From Eledone cirrhosa (Eukaryota), in contig OZ024741.1 in NCBI GenBank assembly GCA_964016885.1, positions 89,776,001 through 89,840,000 on the forward strand: a DNA stretch of 64,000 nucleotides, written 5' to 3'. Of this stretch, positions 32,283 to 45,389 are shown piece by piece (position 1 is the first letter of the stretch; each line of letters opens with the position of its first letter). Both the position numbers and the translations under genes were made by a program. The notes below the pieces were generated by a model, which was not told the origin of the DNA, did not search any database, and was given only the letters and a program-made list of their open reading frames with translations.

Positions 32283-32331
32283 TTGCTTACAATTGTTTCT
32301 TCCAAACCGAGGTTTGGAGTCTTCGGAGCAA
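32283..32331 (-). ncRNA. Type I hammerhead ribozyme, CCGAAGA core variant
   Basis: Minus strand TTGCT-CCGAAGA-c-TCCAAAC(ctcg)GTTTGGA-a-GAAA-CAATTG-TA-AGCAA: 5-bp stem I, 7-bp stem II, palindromic stem III. Confidence 0.75.
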
Positions 32332-32749
32332 TTATTCAGTGATTTTTAACATACTTGACCTCCTTTTCAACACAAGAGACATATAGAAACATGTATATAT
32401 TGACCCACAGTGGGTTGACATCCATTATAATAATATAGCATGGTAATTTACATACAAAGATTACAGTCATATTAAAGGACAAAATTAAAGTTAAAATTAA
32501 AATTAAAATTAAAATAAAACATTGGCAGTTTACTAAGATAAAGCAAGAGGAAAGTTTGGAGTAGCCAGTGTATGCAACAGTCACACGTGTGGCATGCACG
32601 CGTGTCCTATTTATACAAGATTATAGTGCGGCAGATTGTTACATGTAAAACAAGCAGTCAAAGCAGGCAATTAAGAGCATCATGGGGGCTGTACTGGTAA
32701 AGCATTAATCACACACACCTGTACGATATAGAAGCCCGTGTGTAGAGAA

Positions 32750-33197
32750 ACACCAAAAATATAAAAAATATTACAAATGAGAAGCAAAACAGCACCACTG
32801 TCCTCGTAACACTACCACTCTCACAATCCAGGAAACGCAATTTATAGACTATATGTTCATCACACAATCCACGATGATTCAACATTGGGTGCCTGGTGAA
32901 CCATGCTAGAACATCACAGCTTGTCGTTTTTTAATTCGATTCTATAGAGCAGGTTGTATTTGTTGTGAGAGTTGACATCGTATTATATTCCGGAAGTGGA
33001 TTGTGTGATGGACATGTAGTCTATAAATTGCGTTTCCTGGATTGTGAGAGTGGTAGTGTGTACGAGGACAGTGGTGCTGTTTTGCTTCTCATTTGTAATA
33101 TTTTTGATATTTTTGGTGTTTTAAGTGAGGAAAGGCTATTTTTGGTGTTTTAAGTGAGGAAAGGCTATTTTTGGTGTTTTAAGTGAGGAAAGGCTAT
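32750..33197. repeat. ~120-bp inverted repeat followed by a 3-copy short tandem repeat
   Basis: 32750-32872 versus 32996-33120 inverted; (tatttttggtgttttaagtgaggaaaggc) x3 at ~33108-33195. Confidence 0.75.
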
Positions 33198-33567
33198 GCA
33201 CTCGATCAATCCCACTCTCTGAACATCGAAACACTACCCGAAAGCGAGAACTCGTCAACATCATTGGATGCTTACGAAGCCGCAGGTTTTTTTCTTCAGA
33301 GTTTTTCTCTCCTAGAAAGGTGTTGTGACAACAACTGGGGGCCTTTCGCTCCCATGTTAAAAAGAAAAGTACTATTTCCTCCGCCCTTTGCCGGGTCCTG
33401 TATTTTATCCTGCAGGGTGTCCAAATATCACCCTCCTCACCAAGCAAGCTTGGTGGGGTTGCCGGTTTAGTCGTCGACGACCCGACCATGAGACAGGTTG
33501 TACTGGGTTACATGCTACCACTGGCACTCCAGAGCGACCTGACATAATACCTAATATATAATATATA

Positions 33568-33892
33568 CTAGCAGTGGTACCCGGCGTTGCACGAGATAAG
33601 CTATTTTGGTACGCGGGCCGCCAACAGACCTAATCGTGAAAAAACTGCATGCCTGGGCAATACTCTGATGGCTGAATAATCTTTAAGATTTTCCACAATG
33701 AAGCAGGAAAAATACAGGTTTTCACCTAATGCGGGCCCTAGGGGATCAAAAAGTTGAATTCACTATCTGAAACATAAGTAACACATGTAAAGTTTGAAAA
33801 AAATCGGTTGGGTTCTTCTCGAGTTTTAGGGATTCAAACTCACGCACACACACACACACACAGACAGACATCCTCAGTTTTATATATATAGA
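33568..33892 (-). mobile_element. Non-autonomous Helitron-like element
   Basis: Minus strand starts TCTATATATATAAAA.. and ends ..GTGCAACGCCGGGTACCACTGCTAG (GC hairpin plus CTAG). Confidence 0.75.
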
Positions 33893-34617
33893 TAATATAA
33901 TTAAAAACAAATAACGAAACGAAATTAAATTTCATTTCGCTTCTAACTCACTTTTGTATGACTGACGCTTAAACAATTAAGTTAAAGTGTACATCTACAT
34001 ATGTATACGGAAGTATTAGTATGCATATAAATACACACATGTATACATATGTACATGTACTCAGTTTTTCACTACACACTTTACAGTGAGTGTCAGCTAG
34101 TCTGTATGTAACCACACAGACGGACCGGGTTTTAGAGTCATACGAGTTTTCAAGGAAACACATTTCCTCTATTCTCCAGAGGGCCAGACAGGAATATTGG
34201 ACTAGTTTCGATGTTATTACATCTCATCAGCAATATTTACCCATCTTCCGGCTTCTCTGGAGAATTGTAAAAGCACATATCGTTATATGCTTTTTCTATG
34301 AATAGAGGAAATGTGTTTCCTTGAAAACTCGTATGACTCTAAAACCCGGTCCGTCTGTGTGGTTACATACAGACTAGCTGACACTCACTGTAAAGTGTCT
34401 AGTGAAAAACTGAGTACATGTACATATGTATACATGTGTGTATTTATATGCATACTAATACTTCCGTATACATATGTAGATGTACACTTTAACTTAATTG
34501 TTTAAGCGTCAGTCATACAAAAGTGAGTTAGAAGCGAAATGAAATGAAATTTAATTTCGTTTCGTTATTTGTTTTTATCGTTTCCGCTGAACCGGTGCGT
34601 ACAATGACTCACGTTCT

Positions 34618-34666
34618 ATGCAAATTAGTCTACCCACTACTAATTTTCATAGAAAAAGCATATAAC
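34618..34666 (+). promoter_or_regulatory. Putative snRNA/U6-type promoter module (octamer, PSE-like box, TATA), family B
   Basis: ATGCAAAT-tagtctac-CCACTAC-TAATTTTCATAG-aaaaagc-ATATAA; sequence and spacing conserved with family A. Confidence 0.5.
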
Positions 34667-34710
34667 GATATGTGCTTTTACAATTCTCCAGAGAAGCCGG
34701 AAGATGGGTA

Positions 34711-34755
34711 AATATTGCTGATGAGATGTAATAACATCGAAACTAGTCCAATATT
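34711..34755 (+). ncRNA. Canonical type I hammerhead ribozyme, family B (copies at 34193-34237 -, 40527-40571 -, 41052-41096 +)
   Basis: AATATTG-CTGATGA-GATGT(aata)ACATC-GAAA-CTAG-TC-CAATATT: 7-bp stem I, 5-bp stem II, ACTAGT palindromic stem III, GUC triplet. Confidence 0.92.
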
Positions 34756-35037
34756 CCTGTCTGGCCCTCTGGAGAATAGAGGAAATGTGTTTCCTTGAAA
34801 ACTCGTATGACTCTAAAACCCGGTCCGTCTGTGTGGTTACATACAGACTAGCTGACACTCACTGTAAAGTGTCTAGTGAAAAACTGAGTACATGTACATA
34901 TGTATACATGTGTGTATTTATATGCATACTAATACTTCCGTATACATATGTAGATGTACACTTTAACTTAATTGGATAATATAATTAATATATATATATT
35001 ATATATATATTATATTATATATATATTATATTATATA

Positions 35038-35506
35038 CTAGCAGTGGTACCCGGCGTTGCACGGGATAAGGTATTTTGGAACGCGGGCCGCCACAACAAA
35101 TATGCAAGTTTTCACCTAATGCGGGCCCTGGGGGATTAAAAAAAAAGATTTTTTTTATGTGCATAATATACTTTGAAATTTAGGGAAAATCGGCTAGACG
35201 TAACGCTTCAAAAGAGCCCTAAAAAGCTGAAAAAAATGAAGTTTTTCACCTAATGCGGGCCCTAGGCCATAACAAAGTTGGATTTTCTTTGGATGAAGAA
35301 GACAGTGACTAATAAATAATTACAATTTCAAGGAAATCGGTCTGACGTAACGCCTCAAAAGACCCCTAAAAAGCTGAAAAAAAACACAGTTTTTCATCTA
35401 ATGCGGGCCCTAGGGGATCAAAAAGTTGATTTCACTATCTGAAACAAATAATACACATATAAAGTTTGAAAAAAATCGGTTGGGTACTTCTCGAGTTTTA
35501 GGGATT

Positions 35507-35605
<99 letters not shown>

Positions 35606-35650
35606 GCGCGCACACACACACAGACAGACATTCTCATTTTATATATATAT
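35038..35650 (-). mobile_element. Non-autonomous Helitron-like element (longer copy of the 33568 family)
   Basis: Same termini; internal repeat ttttcacctaatgcgggccct x3; (CA)n. Confidence 0.75.
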
Positions 35651-38600
35651 ATATATATATAAATGTAAGTATGCATGTATACGTACATACATATATGTAT
35701 ACAGACGTACAGTAGCATGCACATATATATATATATATATACATATATATATACATATGCATACAGGTACACATACATATATGCACGTATCAGTTTAGCG
35801 GCGCTAACGTCGCTTTGTTCGTTTGTAAACAAACTGAACAGCCTGAATTTATGCCATACGGTGTTAAGGCAACCACGTCACCTTTTTGTTCAACACTGAC
35901 ACAGGAACGATGTACTAGTTTCAAGCTTGTTAGCTATCATCAGCACCGTTTACCCATCTGCCAGATAGTTGAACGTTCGAAAGTATATACTTTCCTTATG
36001 AAAATTAACGGCTGAGCAGCCTAATTTGCATATTGAGTGAGTTAAATCGGTCAGGCATACCGAAAACGATAAATTGAAACAAAATGAAAACGAAATTTCA
36101 TTTCTCACTCTTAGTATGGCACTTACTTAAATGTAAGTATGCATGTATACGTACATACATATATGTATACAGACGTACAGTAGCATGCACATATATATAT
36201 ATATATATACATATATATATACATATGCATACAGGTACACATACATATATGCACGTATCAGTTTAGCGGCGCTAACGTCGCTTTGTTCGTTTGTAAACAA
36301 ACTGAACAGCCTGAATTTATGCCATACGGTGTTAAGGCAACCACGTCACCTTTTTGTTCAACACTGACACAGGAACGATGTACTAGTTTCAAGCTTGTTA
36401 GCTATCATCAGCACCGTTTACCCATCTGCCAGATAGTTGAACGTTCGAAAGTATATACTTTCCTTATGAAAATTAACGGCTGAGCAGCCTAATTTGCATA
36501 TTGAGTGAGTTAAATCGGTCAGGCATACCGAAAACGATAAATTGAAACAAAATGAAAACGAAATTTCATTTCTCACTCTTAGTATGGCACTTACTTAAAT
36601 GTAAGTATGCATGTATACGTACATACATATATGTATACAGACGTACAGTAGCATGCACATATATATATATATATATACATATATATATACATATGCATAC
36701 AGGTACACATACATATATGCACGTATCAGTTTAGCGGCGCTAACGTCGCTTTGTTCGTTTGTAAACAAACTGAACAGCCTGAATTTATGCCATACGGTGT
36801 TAAGGCAACCACGTCACCTTTTTGTTCAACACTGACACAGGAACGATGTACTAGTTTCAAGCTTGTTAGCTATCATCAGCACCGTTTACCCATCTGCCAG
36901 ATAGTTGAACGTTCGAAAGTATATACTTTCCTTATGAAAATTAACGGCTGAGCAGCCTAATTTGCATATTGAGTGAGTTAAATCGGTCAGGCATACCGAA
37001 AACGATAAATTGAAACAAAATGAAAACGAAATTTCATTTCTCACTCTTAGTATGGCACTTACTTAAATGTAAGTATGCATGTATACGTACATACATATAT
37101 GTATACAGACGTACAGTAGCATGCACATATATATATATATATATACATATATATATACATATGCATACAGGTACACATACATATATGCACGTATCAGTTT
37201 AGCGGCGCTAACGTCGCTTTGTTCGTTTGTAAACAAACTGAACAGCCTGAATTTATGCCATACGGTGTTAAGGCAACCACGTCACCTTTTTGTTCAACAC
37301 TGACACAGGAACGATGTACTAGTTTCAAGCTTGTTAGCTATCATCAGCACCGTTTACCCATCTGCCAGATAGTTGAACGTTCGAAAGTATATACTTTCCT
37401 TATGAAAATTAACGGCTGAGCAGCCTAATTTGCATATTGAGTGAGTTAAATCGGTCAGGCATACCGAAAACGATAAATTGAAACAAAATGAAAACGAAAT
37501 TTCATTTCTCACTCTTAGTATGGCACTTACTTAAATGTAAGTATGCATGTATACGTACATACATATATGTATACAGACGTACAGTAGCATGCACATATAT
37601 ATATATATATATACATATATATATACATATGCATACAGGTACACATACATATATGCACGTATCAGTTTAGCGGCGCTAACGTCGCTTTGTTCGTTTGTAA
37701 ACAAACTGAACAGCCTGAATTTATGCCATACGGTGTTAAGGCAACCACGTCACCTTTTTGTTCAACACTGACACAGGAACGATGTACTAGTTTCAAGCTT
37801 GTTAGCTATCATCAGCACCGTTTACCCATCTGCCAGATAGTTGAACGTTCGAAAGTATATACTTTCCTTATGAAAATTAACGGCTGAGCAGCCTAATTTG
37901 CATATTGAGTGAGTTAAATCGGTCAGGCATACCGAAAACGATAAATTGAAACAAAATGAAAACGAAATTTCATTTCTCACTCTTAGTATGGCACTTACTT
38001 AAATGTAAGTATGCATGTATACGTACATACATATATGTATACAGACGTACAGTAGCATGCACATATATATATATATATATATATACATATATATATACAT
38101 ATGCATACAGGTACACATACATATATGCACGTATCAGTTTAGCGGCGCTAACGTCGCTTTGTTCGTTTGTAAACAAACTGAACAGCCTGAATTTATGCCA
38201 TACGGTGTTAAGGCAACCACGTCACCTTTTTGTTCAACACTGACACAGGAACGATGTACTAGTTTCAAGCTTGTTAGCTATCATCAGCACCGTTTACCCA
38301 TCTGCCAGATAGTTGAACGTTCGAAAGTATATACTTTCCTTATGAAAATTAACGGCTGAGCAGCCTAATTTGCATATTGAGTGAGTTAAATCGGTCAGGC
38401 ATACCGAAAACGATAAATTGAAACAAAATGAAAACGAAATTTCATTTCTCACTCTTAGTATGGCACTTACTTAAATGTAAGTATGCATGTATACGTACAT
38501 ACATATATGTATACAGACGTACAGTAGCATGCACATATATATATATATATATACATATATATATACATATGCATACAGGTACACATACATATATGCACGT

Positions 38601-39152
38601 ATCAGTTTAGCGGCGCTAACGTCGCTTTGTTCGTTTGTAAACAAACTGAACAGCCTGAATTTATGCCATACGGTGTTAAGGCAACCACGTCACCTTTTTG
38701 TTCAACACTGACACAGGAACGATGTACTAGTTTCAAGCTTGTTAGCTATCATCAGCACCGTTTACCCATCTGCCAGATAGTTGAACGTTCGAAAGTATAT
38801 ACTTTCCTTATGAAAATTAACGGCTGAGCAGCCTAATTTGCATATTGAGTGAGTTAAATCGGTCAGGCATACCGAAAACGATAAATTGAAACAAAATGAA
38901 AACGAAATTTCATTTCTCACAACTGATACGTGCATATATGTATGTGTACCTGTATGCATATGTATATATATATGTATATATATATATATATATGTGCATG
39001 CTACTGTACGTCTGTATACATATATGTATGTACGTATACATGCATACTTACATTTAAGTAAGTGCCATACTAAGAGTGAGAAATGAAATTTCGTTTTCAT
39101 TTTGTTTCAATTTATCGTTTTCGGTATGCCTGACCGATTTAACTCACTCAAT

Positions 39153-39200
39153 ATGCAAATTAGGCTGCTCAGCCGTTAATTTTCATAAGGAAAGTATATA
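39153..39200 (+). promoter_or_regulatory. Putative snRNA/U6-type promoter module, family A (one per unit)
   Basis: ATGCAAAT-taggctgc-TCAGCCG-tTAATTTTCATAAG-gaaag-TATATA; the TATA lies 46 nt upstream of the HHR core. Confidence 0.5.
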
Positions 39201-39233
39201 CTTTCGAACGTTCAACTATCTGGCAGATGGGTA

Positions 39234-39278
39234 AACGGTGCTGATGATAGCTAACAAGCTTGAAACTAGTACATCGTT
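39234..39278 (+). ncRNA. Type I hammerhead ribozyme, family A (also ~39702 +; ~35908, 36376, 36844, 37312, 37780, 38252, 38720 on -)
   Basis: AACGGTG-CTGATGA-t-AGCT(aaca)AGCT-t-GAAA-CTAG-TA-CATCGTT: 7-bp stem I, ACTAGT stem III, GUA triplet. Confidence 0.88.
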
Positions 39279-40234
39279 CCTGTGTCAGTGTTGAACAAAA
39301 AGGTGACGTGGTTGCCTTAACACCGTATGGCATAAATTCAGGCTGTTCAGTTTGTTTACAAACGAACAAAGCGACGTTAGCGCCGCTAAACTGATACGTG
39401 CATATATGTATGTGTACCTGTATGCATGTGTATATATATATGTATATATATATATATATATGTGCATGCTACTGTACGTCTGTATACATATATGTATGTA
39501 CGTATACATGCATACTTACATTTAAGTAAGTGCCATACTAAGAGTGAGAAATGAAATTTCGTTTTCATTTTGTTTCAATTTATCGTTTTCGGTATGCCTG
39601 ACCGATTTAACTCACTCAATATGCAAATTAGGCTGCTCAGCCGTTAATTTTCATAAGGAAAGTATATACTTTCGAACGTTCAACTATCTGGCAGATGGGT
39701 AAACGGTGCTGATGATAGCTAACAAGCTTGAAACTAGTACATCGTTCCTGTGTCAGTGTTGAACAAAAAGGTGACGTGGTTGCCTTAACACCGTATGGCA
39801 TAAATTCAGGCTGTTCAGTTTGTTTACAAACGAACAAAGCGACGTTAGCGCCGCTAAACTGATACGTGCATATATGTATGTGTACCTGTATGCATATGTA
39901 TATATATATGTATATATATATATATATATGTGCATGCTACTGTACGTCTGTATACATATATGTATGTACGTATACATGCATACTTACATTTAAGTAAGTG
40001 CCATACTAAGAGTGAGAAATGAAATTTCGTTTTCATTTTGTTTCAATATATATATATATATATATATATATGTGAATGAAGTAATTCCGTCGGAAAGGTC
40101 CAGGAAAAAAGACTGCTCTATGTAGGCTACAGAGCTTAATATGTTGGTTAATTTCCGGAAAACTGTAGAGTGCTCAACTTATCGGGCTGGAAAGTGCCAA
40201 TCATATATGTAATATAGAATATATATATATATAT

Positions 40235-41313
40235 AAAAACAAATAACGAAACGAAATTAAATTTCGTTTCGTTTGTAACTCACTTTTGTATGACTGACGC
40301 TTAAACAATTAAGTTAAAAATGTACATCCACATATGTATACTGAAATACTAGTATGCATATGAATACACACACGTGTACATATGTAGATGTACCGAGTTT
40401 TTCACTGGACACTTTACTGTGAGTGTTCAGCTATTCTGTATGTAAACACACAGACAAACCGGTTTTTAGAGTCATACTGGTTTTCGAGGAAACACCTTTC
40501 CTCTATTCTCCAGAAAGCCAGACAGGAATATTGGACTAGTTTCGATGTTGTTACATCTCATCAGCAATATTTACCTATCCTCCGGCCTTTCTAGAGAATC
40601 GTAAAAGCACATATCGTTATATGCTTTTTCTATGAAAATTAGTAGTGGGCAGACTAATTTGCATAGAGCGTGAGTACGTACCGGTTCAGCGGAGACGATA
40701 AAAACAAATAACGAAACGAAATTAAATTTCGTTTCGTTTGTAACTATTTGTTTTTATCGTCTCCGCTGAACCGGTACGTACTCACGCTCTATGCAAATCA
40801 GTATACTAGTATTTCAGTATACATATGTGGATGTACATTTTTAACTTAATTGTTTAAGCGTCAGTCATACAAAAGTGAGTTACAAACGAAACGAAATTTA
40901 ATTTCGTTTCGTTATTTGTTTTTATCGTCTCCGCTGAACCGGTACGTACTCACGCTCTATGCAAATTAGTCTGCCCACTACTAATTTTCATAGAAAAAGC
41001 ATATAACGATATGTGCTTTTACGATTCTCTAGAAAGGCCGGAGGATAGGTAAATATTGCTGATGAGATGTAACAACATCGAAACTAGTCCAATATTCCTG
41101 TCTGGCTTTCTGGCGAATAGAGGAAAGGTGTTTCCTCGAAAACCAGTATGACTCTAAAAACCGGTTTGTCTGTGTGTTTACATACAGAATAGCTGAACAC
41201 TCACAGTAAAGTGTCCAGTGAAAAACTCGGTACATCTACATATGTACACGTGTGTGTATTCATATGCATACTAGTATTTCAGTATACATATGTGGATGTA
41301 CATTTTTAACTTA

Positions 41314-41318
<5 letters not shown>
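40235..41318. mobile_element. Second family B insertion (465-bp monomer subtype), inverted arrangement with a template-switch junction
   Basis: Minus-sense 40235-40745, short plus piece 40746-40802, plus-sense 40803-41318; period 465; HHRs on both arms; (TA)n flanks. Confidence 0.9.
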
Positions 41319-41375
<57 letters not shown>

Positions 41376-41647
41376 AAAAAATGGGGAGAAGAATACTGCA
41401 GGTTGCACATGGATAACATGTAATAAAATGAGTCCCTCATCAGTGATTTGCCGACGATCATAGATATTTCATTGCATTAAAAATCACATACCTCACGAGG
41501 TAAGTTATTCCGGGTTGAATCGGAGGTAACCACAGTAAGTAAGGTACTCAATACATAGCAGAGTATAAAAGTTTTAATATAGATGAGATTCTACAAGACT
41601 AGAACTGTTTCATTCGAATGAAACAGTTCTAGTCCTGTAGAATTTCA

Positions 41648-41707
<60 letters not shown>

Positions 41708-41734
41708 TTAGTAGTATATAGATAGATAGATAAT

Positions 41735-41978
41735 CTATATATATAATAAAGGAAAGTTGTCCGTGTCCGTGTCCGGGGTCTACTCAGAAATAAGAATATC
41801 AACACCCACCTCCGGGTTTTTCAATATACATACGGACATATGCAATAGCTGGCTTTGTAAAGTAAAACAATATTTATCATTACTTGACATACAGTGAATA
41901 TACGAAATTTGGAGGATGTTGCATTTCTAATTTCTGAGTAGAACCCGGACACACATAGACAACTTTCTATTATATTAT
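41735..41978. mobile_element. Short element with inverted Helitron-like 5' ends
   Basis: aaagttgtc..gtccggggtctactcagaaat versus atttctgagtagaacccggac..gacaacttt. Confidence 0.45.
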
Positions 41979-41984
41979 ATTATA

Positions 41985-43688
<1,704 letters not shown>

Positions 43689-43817
43689 ATAATATATATA
43701 TATATAAATATTAAATTGTTAAACAATATTCATTGAATTATGTCAAAGAATGATTTTTACAGTAGATTGGAAGCACTCAACGGTAAATAATTTTCAGGAG
43801 TTATTAATATAAGTAAT

Positions 43818-44008
43818 AGGGCGGTGAATTGGAAGTATCGGTAGAGGGTCGGACGCCATGCTTTGACGCATAGAGTTACGGCCCTTGCAATTCTGAGTTC
43901 AAATCCCGCCGAGGTTATCTTTGCCTTTCATCCTTACGGGGTCGATAAAATAAAGTACCAGTAATGTACTGGTTAATTGCTGGCCTTGTGCCAATAGTAG
44001 AAACAGTT
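43818..44008 (+). mobile_element. Nin-like tRNA SINE, full length
   Basis: Same family as 54408; TSD agttattaatataagta. Confidence 0.88.
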
Positions 44009-44142
44009 ATTAATATAAGTATTAATAAAATAGATGTTCTTTTGATCAATTACATTTTATTATACATATTTCGGATGTCTAATAAATGCACTACCTTGAT
44101 TAAATCTTAACCATTTAACATCTCAGGGTATGTCATGTATCA

Positions 44143-44203
44143 TTATATTTTGTCTGATGAGGACGTACTGTTGTTCATCCGAAATATGTATAATAAAATA
44201 TAA
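44143..44203 (+). ncRNA. Type I hammerhead ribozyme within a small inverted-arm element (~44014-44235)
   Basis: TTATATTTTGT-CTGATGA-GGA..TCC-GAAA-TATGTA-TA-ATAAAATATAA: 11-bp stem I. 44014-44076 is an inverted copy of 44176-44235. Confidence 0.8.
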
Positions 44204-44229
44204 TTGATCAAAAGATCAATTTATTAATA

Positions 44230-44276
<47 letters not shown>

Positions 44277-45004
44277 GGATTAACAATAATAGTTAAATGC
44301 AGTCCACTTAGGTGAAGTCCAGTTATGGTATTCCAGGTAGTGGATGATATTAACGCTTGGCTTGGTTTGACTCAACAAGGCGTTTTCATAGTGATGCTGC
44401 GGGTATGCTGTAATTCCTATGTTGTAAACACTTGGAGTAATAATAAATCAGGAAAGAAGGTTTACATGGTTTGCTATACAAAAACGTTTTTAATCACATA
44501 GCTTACATTTGTTTCACTGAACTGGTATGTCTAGAGATCGCTATCCGCTTAATTTTGCGTTACTCGATCGCCAATACAGAATTATAACCAGTCAGATCTT
44601 CGGAGCATGCGAGAATGAAGAAAATACACAGGCAAGAAAAGAAAAGAAAAGAAAATACATGCTACTATATGGAGTAGTTATGGCATTCAATTAGAACAAT
44701 AACAACAATTACAACAATGCTATCAATAAACTATTTAAGGAGACCCTGACATTACTTAGGTGGGGGGTATATAATGTATCTAATGTTACGGCGTGAAAAC
44801 CAGCTGTCATAAGGCAAAAAGTATCGTAGTGTGTATCAATTTTAAATTATAAAGATAAGCTAGTTTTTACAGTCTTTCTCTTCATCTTCAACAGTATACA
44901 TGAGTGGGACCACTGTCAAAGCTAAATAGTTGTAGAGTTAATACAGAGGTTAACGAATTAATATACGCATATATCTACGCACACACACACACACACATAC
45001 ACAT

Positions 45005-45069
<65 letters not shown>

Positions 45070-45389
45070 TACACATGCATGTGTACATAGACACATACAT
45101 ACACATCAATATACACTCGTACAAAAATATACCTACATGCAAAGAGAAAAGCGTGCTAATTGTAATTATGGCAAAAAGAAGGTAAAGTAACATTGTAGTA
45201 GTGAAATGAGAAAAACTAGGATCTAGGATCAAATGATGGCAGCAGCTGAGAAGGAGTAAGATTGTTGGTAGATGAGGTACTTACAGACAATTGTGTGGTA
45301 TAGACTTGTGAAGGAAATAGTATACTTAATGAATATATTTCTGTGGGTAGTAGGTATCCTAATTTAAAGTTATGTTATGTTGGTTCGAT

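Larger units (their letters stand above)
33902..34975. mobile_element. Retrozyme-like family B insertion (474-bp monomer; inverted partial unit plus 1.4 direct units)
   Basis: 34311 and 34785 are a direct repeat with period 474; 33902-34300 is inverted; HHRs at 34193-34237(-) and 34711-34755(+); TA-rich flanks. Confidence 0.9.
35660..40046. repeat. Retrozyme-like family A tandem array, 468-bp unit: ~7 units minus-sense, then ~2.4 units inverted
   Basis: Period 468 (one unit 472); orientation switch at ~38920; one HHR per unit; (TA)n at both ends. Confidence 0.95.

Noticed and set aside
35675-40036. Repeated 60-74 aa ORFs in the 468-bp array
   Set aside because: They overlap microsatellite, have no recognisable domain, and are not maintained intact in the diverged 23.8-kb copy. 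The unit is better explained as non-coding RNA.
35660-40046. CRISPR-like array
   Set aside because: Units are identical with no unique spacers, no cas genes are present, and the context is eukaryotic.
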